Positions 1 to 10,715 of a stretch of DNA of 64,000 nt are shown here, piece by piece. Made by a program: the position numbers and the translations under genes. Below the pieces are notes generated by a model. It was not told where the DNA came from. It was given only the letters and a program-made list of their open reading frames with translations, and searched no databases. Every line of letters starts with the position of its first letter. Positions within the stretch are counted from its first letter, which is position 1. Source of the DNA: Klebsormidium nitens (lineage: Eukaryota; Plantae; Klebsormidiophyceae); assembly GCA_000708835.1 (NCBI GenBank), contig DF237108.1:100668-164667 (forward strand). Direction: 5' to 3'.

Positions 1-242
1 AGGCTGAAAAACAGATTGGAAGATCCCAGCTTCGAAACTATGCCTCAGAAAGTAGGGTTAAGGTGGTCTTTAAGAACTTGGGGAAGTACAAGTCATCGCT
101 TCAATGTAAGATTCTAGAAGGGTAATCTTAACGAACAAAGAGCGGTTTTATGCTGCTCAAAAGGCAATTCGCTTTTCTCCGTCCTTCTTCACCCTGATCC
201 TGGCAACTACAGGGCCAAAGAGGGTCGCGATTTGCAGCAGTT

Positions 243-3200
243 TCACTGACCTTCTTCCTCTCCGCTCTCCTGAAAGTCCTCGTCCTCGCTCCGCATCCTT
301 TGCCCCACGTCCAACAGCCTCAGCTGTTCTTCAGAATCAGGACCTTGGTCGGGGCCTGCGCCAGTCTGTTCGGCGGCCTCTTTCTCTTTCTGCTCCTTGT
401 ACATCTGCTCGATCATCGGCTTCCACACGCGCACGCGCGCGTTGATGAACCAGTTGGCGATCTGGGCGCGCACAAGAAGCGCGTGATCAGAGGCAACAAC
501 ATTCCGAGCAGAGATTCGCACTTAGACGCATGAGTGCCGGAGTCTTGGACCTTCAGGATCTCCATACGCGCTAATAGTCCACTTGCAGGAGAGTTGATTG
601 AGCTTTACACGTACTTTTCAAAGAATTTCACGCAAATTGCATCAGCGAATCCCTTCGTTACTGCAAATAACGTCTCGGTAGAGAGAGCGGCAAACGACCG
701 AGCCACCGATTTATCTCTTTCGTAGAGTGGGTGACTCACAAGCGCATCTCTTGTCAAAGTGCTGAAGATAAACAGGACCGATACAGGCGGAGAGTGCCGC
801 TAGAGCGTCTGACCTGTCCCCTCTGAAGATTCGTCGCTTCCGCGAGCGCCTCTTTTTCCTGGTCGCTGGGGTAGGGGTGCAAAAAGTGGTCGAACAGCCA
901 GCCTCTCAAAATGGAGACGGCAGTGCGCGACAGGCCGCGCGCTCCGCTGCCCACGCGCGCGCCACCGCGCTCGAAGGCGCGTGCGCGCTCCTTGAGCTCG
1001 CGCACCGACATGTGGCGCGCCGGGCCGGCGAGGGCCATCTGAGAAAACACGTGAGGTCGACGGTTAGAGCCAATGTTTGAAGGCTAAGATCTGGAAGAAG
1101 AAACACCACTTCCGAATCCTCGATAAGTCTCTCGTTCTTGGCGCGAGCAGAATCGAGATTTTCGGCAACAGCATCCGTGCATTTTGAGGTTTCAAGGTTG
1201 AGAAGAGGGATTTAGAGGGAGCTTTGAATAGTCGTGGTCTAACTTCTGAACTGGCGAGAAAGGGATAAAAACTTGGATTAAGCGCGCGGAAAAGAATCAA
1301 TCAACCAGCAGATGCCACAATATCCCACTATCGGTGAAACTCTGCTTGCTTACCAAGCACAGTATTTGGGGCTCCATAGATTGCTGAACAGTCCATTTAC
1401 AAACCTTTTGCACCGAATAGGGAATCTTTCAAAATAGACGCGAATGCTGTTCCTAAAAGACTCAACCTGTCCATGTATGACTTACAAACTTTGGAAACAT
1501 CGGAGAGACAAAGAGCTTCCAAACGCTTCCTCTCACCTCTCTCCCTCCTTTTGCCGGTCCAGATGCGCCGATCGCGAGGGGTGGTCTCAGATCAAGCTTG
1601 TTCGGCCCGTTGCGCTCCGGTCTACGGCTCCTCGCCATGACGCCAAGCTGACGTCTGGCGCGCTCCAGGTCGGCACTGCAAATGATTACCTTCGGCCGTC
1701 ACTCTACTACGTCAGCATCCGGGTCGACGAAACATAATATTTTCATCTTGTGCTGGAAGAGATTTTGGCAGACGGAAAATGGTGTTCACGACAGCGACAG
1801 TGGACCGGAAGATGTCTTCGTATGCGCCTAAAAGCTGACGCCCAAAGGTAGTCAAAGCTCATGCCCAAAATCTCCAAAAACGTGCCGTCGAAAGCAAAGA
1901 GGGAGATTAAAATAGCTATGTCGAACGTAAGAGGGGTTGCAAAATGAAGCTAAGGGATTAACACACATTTACAACCTTAGCAAGGGGGCTTTAATACTTT
2001 GAGGTACGTAGTATAAAACCACATGATGTCCTGTACGTGTCGAGCCTCCGGCAGAAGCGAGAAGCGCCCCCTTCAGTGGAGAGATCAACTCAGAGCGAAG
2101 TAACACACGTAACAAATCGAATAGTAGTCCGCTTTTGCACGATCCAAACCGCCGAAAATCTGGGGCACATTTGCTTACCTGAGTGACCTCTCGACCTCCT
2201 CAAAGCGCCCGGCGACTATCTCCCGGGGGCCTTTCATATAGGACTCGGCCACATGGGGCGCGACACCGAGCGACGCGGAGAACTGGGCACCCAGGACATC
2301 GTTCTCATGCAGGTACTCCATCTTCTTTGTCTGGACCTGCGGCATTCGCAGGAGTGTGTTAAGTCGAATGTTTTACCACTGGTGCGCTGCAAAAGGTGCG
2401 GGCTCGCAAGCGGCCTTGAATAGTCGGTCAGGCCATCAAGAATTCTGTGGATAAATTGACGAAAGATGAGATTCCCGTCTCTAACCTCCTTTTCTCTGAC
2501 AGAAAAGACTGCTTCGGATTGAAGCGCAGCTAGGGTTTCATCAGGAGCGGAGCCCCAAGGCTCTGAAGTGCGTCAAACACACTCGACGAATACCACTGCT
2601 GGGTCAATTCAAGAACAACGAACGCGGGCTCTCATGGGTAAGCGGGGGAGGGTTTCCCAGTATGCGCAAGAAGCATAAGTCCAAGTTTCACATTAAGAAG
2701 CAGAGAATCTGAAAGATGTTTGCCCTTTTATCCTCGGCCTGTGGCGTCGACCTTCTTTGTGCCCGCCAATCAAACGAGCTGACACAAACACCAGCCAAAT
2801 CAATCTGACTCTCTGCACCCCTTTCATCCCCTTGAAGAAATGTACCGCAGAAGCCAGAATGAAATTACTCTTGGAACTGAGCAAAGAAACCTGCCGTGCA
2901 GACACATTACAGATCCGGTGCGCAATTTTACCTCTACCAGAAGAGCCTCCAGATCTTCCGCCTCTGATGCCAGCGTCTGGCGATCAGCCCCGCTCACTTC
3001 AAGCTCACTCTCAAGTTCGTTCCGCCTGATTACTAGTTCCCTGTTCAAACCTGTCAATGACGAGAGTGGGGAACTTCAATGTGTGCAGCTTACATACTGA
3101 GAGGTCTTTTGTTAAGACTTGACAAGAACGAGAGCCCTTTCTTGAAGCTTGAGAACACAAGATCAAAGAGCTTCAATCTGCGCAACTTTTCAGAAGAACC

Positions 3201-6200
3201 CTCCCCCCATCAGCAAGCTACATAGAAATCGACGCTCTGACTGCTTTTCGACCAGCTTAAGGACGATTGAAATTGATTGGATCTTGATGCGCCAAACAAC
3301 GAACCACCATTGGGTAAAACAGAATGAGTGCTGCCAGACAATTCTCCTTGTTCTGAGCCTCCTCATCCATGGGCTGAACCTGCCGTTTCTTCTCCTCTCA
3401 CCCGCCCGTTCCGCTTCCGCTCTCTCCGGACTGACGAGAGCCAGCTGATTGATCTCCTCCAGGATGTGCAGAAGCGCAGGCATGTACTTGCTTTTGCCCG
3501 CGACCCACTCAGTCCCAGCAGGCGCGTCAAAAGCTGGGAGCGGAGCGGGGACCGGAAGCCGGTCCGGGCCAGCGGAACGGGAGCGGGAGGGCAAGCCCAG
3601 CTGCTGAAGGAGTGGCGAGGGTTGCTTTTAGAGTACTCAGAAACGTTTTTGATATTTTTTGATCCGCTGAAAGATGCCATGAACAGATAAAGATACCCGT
3701 CTAACAGCAGTATATAATCATTGACTGTGGTCCAGATTTTACGATTATAGTAAGCCTGTAACATGTCATTTGCATCGCTATGCGACCAGATTCGTAGAGT
3801 CTCATCAAACAAGGGGAATCTGAGGAAGAAGATGCAATTAGACGCTGATTCACAATCTCCGAGCACCTTGAAACCTTCTACGATGGTTGACAAGGCTTCC
3901 TTTTGACTTCCTCATCAGCCGCTCGGCGAAATCGGCCATGTTGTGCAAGCAGATCAGACTGATCGACGCAGCGCAGCACCGCTCTCACCAAAAACAATGA
4001 GTCTCTTGAGCACCCAAAACGTTATCTTACCTCTTCAACGTCAGTTCTGCTCTTAGAGAGTCGTGCGGACTTCCTCCTTGGCCTTTCCCTCTGAGGTACC
4101 CCAGTCTGTTCCGCTTCCTCTTCCGCTTCCGTGTGGCCCCTCTTCGACTTCCGTCGCCCGCCCAGGTCAATCACGGCGGACGCCTTTGGGCCCTCCCTTC
4201 CGCCACGTGTCGGCCTCTCGACCGCCTCTTCCTCCAACCAACGGCCCGGATCGGCTAACGCGTATCGCAAGTGCTCGGCATCCCGACCGACGGGGCTCGC
4301 GTACTCGGCGGCGCGCGCGACGCCCGTTAGGCCCAGGGGCGAGTGGGGCGGTGACGTCAGCAGGTTATGGAGGAATGCGTCACCGGTTGGTGAGGAGGCG
4401 CTCAAAGGCGACGGTTGACCTGGACTCCTCTGCTGGGGGCCCGCTCTTTCGGCGTCGGTGTCAGTGCGCCGCGGCGAAAACGAGGCCTTTCGTGGGGCCA
4501 GCTTGTTGGCTTTCCGCCCGGCGAAGCTCTCCGATTCGGGCGCGAGTCCCGCTCGACGGTCGGTAAAGAACGCGCGTTCGGTGGACGGAGCGAGATCACC
4601 GGGGCCTATTCCGGCGTATGGAGAGCTGGGCGGGATGTAGAACTCCGCCAACCTGGTAAAGGCGCACCTTCGATAGTGGTTCCTTCATCAAACCTTTTGA
4701 AAGGTCCACTTCAGCAAGTCTAGTCAAGACATTCCCAGATTATTTCCTCGTGTATATCTGGTGAAATGAAAACAGCGAGAGCGAATGAAAGTAGCAGCGA
4801 CGTGATACAGCTTTTCAAATGTTGTAATACGAACCACACCCCGAGGGCAAGCCCAAACAAATCGGTAAAGGCATTTCGAGTGCACCGAGTTCTCGCACAT
4901 TCTAGTTCGCTATCAAATGAGGCTCGAAGCGAAGAGAAAGTTAATCGATGGTAAACCGAAAACAGATTGTGCTTTGCTGCTCATCGGGATTCTTAATTTT
5001 CTGTCCGGCCCCCTCACCTTCTCTCTTGGTTCTGCAGCTCGAAGGCTCTCAGATCCAAACGGTGCCGCTCCAGGGCTTCCTGGTGCGCGAGCTGCTGACG
5101 CAACGCCGCTTTGTCGTGTGCCACGTGTCCATACGCCGGCGGGCCGTACGGAAAGTTGAGGAGGCTCCTCAGCGCGAGCAGCGACGGCTCCGAGAACTGC
5201 GAGCTCGCCACCGCGCTGAGCGGATCGTGCGCCTGCAGCGCGCGCACCGCGGCGAGCTGCGCCCAGAAGTCGCTCGCGAAGTGCAGGGTTTGAGGGTTTA
5301 GCTCCTGGAGCTCCGCCGCGAGCCGCGCGGGCGCGTCGCTCGGCAGCCGCATCGCGAGGAGTCGGTAGTAGTCGAGGAGACTCGGGCTCTGCGCGCTCGG
5401 TGGATCAATATGCTGAAGCGGATTTGGGGGAGCGCGGTCGGTTGGAGAGTCTCGGGGCGTGTTTTCACCTCCAGGGGGCGTAACTGGGTATAGGGACGTA
5501 AGGCTGGAGACTCGAGGCGACTCTGTCGCCGGAAGGGGCTTTGCTTTCGCCGTCTTTCCGTCTCCGCCGCGCGCCGTGGTTTGCTTTCCTGGGAAGTCGG
5601 TTGAAGGGAACGGCGATAAGAGCGAGAGCCCGGTGCCTGGTCCAGGGTCGGTATGAACCGCACTCTCGTCCCTCTCTGCCCGGTCCTCTCTTAGATACTC
5701 GGCTGCGGCTTCAATCAGGAAGTCGGGGCCCACACGGGGTGACCGGGGGGAATGCCCCGGGGAGACTCGCAGCTGGTCCGTACCGGGTACTGGTTCCCAG
5801 GAACCGGTGTTTCCGGGGAAAGTTGGCGCAGAAACGATGGAATGGTTGGCAGCTTCTTGACCGTTGGCGAGGCTCTGCAAGTCTCGAAGCGCTCCCACGA
5901 AGGGGTGTGCCATTGCGGCGGAGAGCGATGCCCCGGACGTGTTTGAATTGCGGTGCCACGAGAAGCCGTCGAAGTCGAGCAGTGGCGGCGTTCTGGTGCC
6001 GACAGGACGGCTGATTGGCGACGGTGGAAGGCCTGACAAATAGCAGGTAAATCTCTCAAAATTACAGGGTGGTCGCAGACCGGTAACATAAGGGCTGAAG
6101 TATGAGAAAACTTAGCTATTTTGAGTATTTTGTGTCTGTTCTGTTTCGGAATCTGTTTCGCGTCTCAAGGGCCTACTCCAGAGCTCTGATCAAATTGAAA

Positions 6201-7149
6201 CTTTCCAAAGCTTAAAGCTTCGTCCGTCAGAAACTGCTGCCAAAGGTGTAGAAAATCTCGAAAACAGGATCCGAATTGGATATTTGATTACTAGAACGAA
6301 AATAAACATCGGCAAAAAAAGGCATAAAAATGGGCATAAGAGTGAATTGAATCTGCAAACTAGAGTACGTAGCCTCTCGACGTCAAAATTCTCCCTCATG
6401 TTTTTCAGAAGGAACGCTACGAATCTGAGAAAAAGAAGAATCAAAGAGATGTCAAAGGGACCTAGGTGTATGAATCATCTTGTCTTAACCCCAGTTTCCA
6501 ATCGTACCTTGCATACGTACGTCGCCGGCTTGAACGAGAGGAGAAGGTTGAGCATCCGCCCTTCTATCCATCGCGTTGGCCGCAATACTCTGGACCACCG
6601 TGTTTCTGCGGAGTACGGATGGAGTGAGATCTGCTGGCGGGTCCGCAAGGCGTCTACTGCGGAGGAACTCGTCCAGTCTGGCGTTCCAAACGGCGTTGTC
6701 TGGCACAGCTTCCAGATCCAAACCCTGAAATCCCCCAGGCTGCATTGCTCGCCTCTCTGCCTGTGGACTTTTCTCTGAAGGTGACGGCTGGGCCGGACGC
6801 GGTATCTTATAATGCGAATGCAGCGGGCTCGCCAGACCTTAAGCTCCGAGAAGGGAGCCCTGCGGAGCCCCACCCCCTGATATGTTTATTGCCAACGTCG
6901 AAACTTGAGGAGTCACCCCAGAATACGCGGTGGAATGCGGACTTGGTCAGTAGCCTCAGCCCGGCGGAATCCTGAGCTTGGCTGAGGATTCGCTCGATCT
7001 CCGTTTTGAGCGCTTGTAGGAAGCGCCTCGTGAGGGCTGCCGTTTCCTCCCGCAGGAATCGTCATATTCCGCAGGCGTCCCCACGAAAGACTCAGAACCT
7101 TTCTCAAATTCGCAGGGTCTGGGGCCTGTAAAAAACGCATCCTTGACAT
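243..7149 (-). CDS. BLH: BEL1-like (BELL class) TALE homeodomain transcription factor, multi-exon
   Basis: Homeodomain [41 protein letters not shown]|[21 protein letters not shown] (exons 1038-814 and 461-243, with the typical TALE intron before the WFIN helix). SKY-like motif [17 protein letters not shown] at ~3500-3440. BELL-domain-like exons at ~3030-2935 ([11 protein letters not shown]...LEALLVE) and ~2337-2179 ([11 protein letters not shown]...[17 protein letters not shown]). Linker exon ~1675-1537. Large low-complexity exons ~6034-5019 and ~4653-4031 join in frame (AG|G TTG GCG). Exons ~6774-6517 and ~7149-6917, and so the start codon, are less certain. Confidence 0.9.
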
Positions 7150-8268
7150 ATTCGAAGCACTTTCAATTGATCAGCCTTCTTTCTCTTTCCGATTCGCCTC
7201 ATGATTAGAGCGGGCGTCAATCAAACGTTTGCTTTGACCTCACAATTGGTTAGTGCAGATTTCCGGGTTGATCAGTGCCTCATAGCTCTAAAAATGGATC
7301 CACAAGATCCTCTTATGACTGTTTCCACAAGAGGTTTGAGTCTTATGACTGACGTTCTGCGCTAAAAAGGAATGATTTATCGTACACCCTTCATACCCTT
7401 CGACACGTGGAGACTACAAAGCTCGGTCTTATTACCCCAATCTTATGGAGTGCCTAAGAACAGAATGCGTGAGCATGTGCACGATTGAGCAATTCCAGGA
7501 AACCACTGATCTGCGATGAAGAGACCCATCCTGATCTCTGCATCAAGCACTCGAGGCAATGATGGAAGCTAGATTCAGCCTGGTGACCACGCTAACATTC
7601 CGACCAGCAAATTGAACTTGTCAAGATGCTGTCTAAACACGCAACTGTGATTCTGACGTGGAACGCGACAGGATTGGTCAGTCCAACCCTTGCTCTATGT
7701 GATTAGATGACCTGCCAATACAGCCAAAGTGCCCTTTTCTCCGGTTTTCAAGTGCTCCACTGCCTTCTGAAGCTATCAATTTGCGATTATCTAGATCCCA
7801 CTTCAAAGAATTATTGAGAGTTCCAAAGCGAAGGGCCCAATGTTGAAAAAGGATCTCCATGCCATAAACATACAGCTCATGCTTGCCCGCCTCAAAAAGT
7901 AAGGCCACGAATCTCTTTGATTGATCACAGGAGTGCTGGACGTTTGATTCATGCATAAGAAGAACCAAAGTGAAGCTGTGATCTTTGAGGTGAGAACCAA
8001 TCACCAGGCAAAACTCACCTGACAGGTCCAGAACGATCTTGCAAAGGTCGATGCAGATGGGACACGTGTTACTTTCTCTTTGTTTTCTGATTGAAAGACG
8101 CGAGTTCTCTTTTCTTTGTTTGAGCGGCGTGACAAGCTAAGTTGATTGGTTATCTGGCCAAACCAAAGCAGAAGGATTCTGCAGGACAACAGATATCCCT
8201 AATATTAGGCAAGATCTCTTCATGAGCTCAGCGTTCTCTATCAAAGAGAACCCTCTCAATCGCAACTC

Positions 8269-8906
8269 TGACGTGACACCCGCCTTTCGCTAGTTGGAAG
8301 CTAGCAAGGATTCTGGATTCCCTTGCCATCGTTCAGGTTTTGTAAGATGTGACGAGAGAGCATGTCCCCATCTCTCATCGCTCTGCCTCCAGATCTCTGC
8401 TCAATCGCCAGGAAAGGATGCAGGGAGCCCTGGTCTCCTTCTTTCACGAACTGTGGCTGCGCTGAAAGGCTCTCCTGTTGCGTCAACAAGTAGCATGCTT
8501 GTCAACACTCAAGATATATAGAAGACCTTTTCCTGAAGGCCATGAATCAAGAGAAAGCTGTCACGTCAAGAAGGAAACTTCCTGACATCCTGTCCTGTCA
8601 TTGATTGCTCCTGTCACCTCCCTGATTCACGGATTCCTCTCGCATCGATCCTCCTTGTGTTGCATCAATGCTTAACCTAAGGAACACAGCGGTTAGAAGA
8701 CGTCAGCGTAAATCTTTCCAAGCTGATCACAGCCTGGATGCGCGGTGACCGTCGTCGCATAAGGTTAAGCGTCTTCAACGGCATGCCAGCATGGAGAAAA
8801 ATACGTTTCATGCTGTGACTAGTTTTGTCATGCTGTGACTAGTTTTGCCATGCTGTGACAAGTGTGGTGATTGTGCGGACGTGTCCACACGTCAGATGAC
8901 GTGACA
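8269..8906. promoter_or_regulatory. Cluster of TGAC/TGACAG motifs upstream of the BELL gene (putative TALE-binding sites)
   Basis: CTGTCA (=TGACAG) at 8558, 8595 and 8611. TGACGTGACA at ~8269 and ~8897. TGTGAC in each unit of the 8809 repeat. Function is inferred only, and the TSS is unknown. Confidence 0.3.
8809..8863. repeat. 20-bp tandem repeat (catgctgtgactagttttgt) x ~2.7
   Basis: Direct reading: units start at 8809, 8829 and 8849 (the last is partial). Confidence 0.85.
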
Positions 8907-10715
8907 AGGTCTGGTCATGGAAGGAGCTAAAAAGAGGTTGTTTTGACGGTTTGGCTCGCTTAAAAGGTGCGCTCCTAGTTGTGATATCTACACGATTCCT
9001 TTTCAGACGATTGGTTCTGTCTTTCTGTGAACAACTGGCAGAAGCGCGCGATCAACTGAAAGGTCTTAAGATCCGAAAAGCTAGAGTAGACACGGGAGCT
9101 AGGAGTCTCAGAGTGATTGACTAGCCTTCATGCTCCTGTGAATCTTTGGCTTCAGTTTGCGAAGTACTCTATCCTCTTCCAACTGTCAGCGGAACAACCT
9201 TTGATTGATGTGACCAGACTTGCTAATTTCACCTCACGGACATCAGAACGTTTATCTAATTAGGCGTGCTTTATATTGAATCCTAAGTAGTAAGATCTTT
9301 ATGGCACTGGCAGACTTCAGATTACGTACGCTTGATCTGTCATAAAAACTCTCTACCCGCCTCATCTACTGCGCCGTGTCTTTCAAGATCAGAGTTCGAA
9401 TGGCCGTTTCAGAGCGAACTGAAACTTCCTATGACAAAATGATTATTTTCACAGCGGTGAAACAGAGACTGGCCCCTTGCCCGAATGTCCAGGTTGAGAT
9501 TAGAATCTACAAATGAAGTCAAAAGCCGCACGTGCTTTGACCGTGCCATGCGACTGTCCCAGTTCGTAGATAGCCACTGCGGCATCCGCTTGTCCATCCA
9601 ATCTATAGTCTCATCGTAGCAAGCCAAGAGTCGCATGCCTCCTGTGAGTACCAGTGCAGATCGCTACGTCCATTAAGATGTGTGCGAAGGCCATCCGTTG
9701 ATGATTGAACGGTGGACCCCGTCACCTCTGTATGAACGGGGCAGTTCTCTCTGTGGCTGTTCAAGTTTATTGCTGAGGACGGATCTTGGATTGCTTCATT
9801 GTCCCGTCGACATAATTCAGCGACTCGCTCTGTTACAGATATGCTCTTCGTGTGTGAAGGCGCCGTGTGCTCCTAGCTGCCAGGCTAGCAATCAGAGACG
9901 CTCGAGGGCACCCGTCATGCAGTGCAGATGCGAGGTCCATGCTCGTTGCCGTACGAATAGCCATGCAGTATTATAAAGTAATGCGCGTTGGGTGCGATGA
10001 TTATGGAAAGCTGAGGGCAGAAGAATTGCACTCAGGGCCTGGCAAGCGGTTGGTTGGACTTTCATTGCGAGTATATACAGTCTGACTCCGCGAATCCAGA
10101 TCGTCCTATGATCCATCCAAGCATGTACTTGACCGTATAGGTACCGCTGGAACGGCGCCACGCTGCGACGGCCCGCAGGCTGCCACATCATGCTGGCACG
10201 TCTGGTCAGGATCTTTCAATCAAGCATGATCACCATAGCACCGCATCCATGACGATTGAGTTGGCCACATGCAGGCGGCCAAAGTCCATGCGACGTTCCC
10301 ACGTCAAGCACATGTTAATTAAGCTAGCAGTATCCCATGCACGATATCGAATGAATCGAAGTTGTCAAAGTAAGCACCAGCACTTCGGATTCACTTAGTT
10401 GCAATCAGGTCAATCGTGGACTCTGGCAACACGTCCAGGTCTAAGCGACTTGGGCCCGGAAGGACCTTCTGCTAGAGCAATTTTCGCGTCTGCCGTGTTG
10501 AAACACATATAAGATCAAGCCCCGCCCTATTTACCTACGTACACGTTATGCTCGATCCGCAGAATCAGCAACTTGCTCACTTTGTCGGATAGCACTCGCT
10601 CTCGTCAATGGAAAAACTTGTTTGTAAATCATGGCGGCCGTTTGCTTATATCGTCCCCCTTTTCCTTGATTCATCTATGTACAAAATGGTTCAGGACATG
10701 CCTTCCTGCAAAAGC

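Noticed and set aside
7678-8100. 108-aa ORF and a CPICID-containing segment upstream of BELL
   Set aside because: No complete RING or other domain, and the implied intron is only ~35 nt. More likely UTR or intergenic.
9409-9900. Short ORFs with a faint ankyrin-like look (NLNLDIRARGQSLFH)
   Set aside because: Similarity too weak to support, and no consistent exon chain was found.
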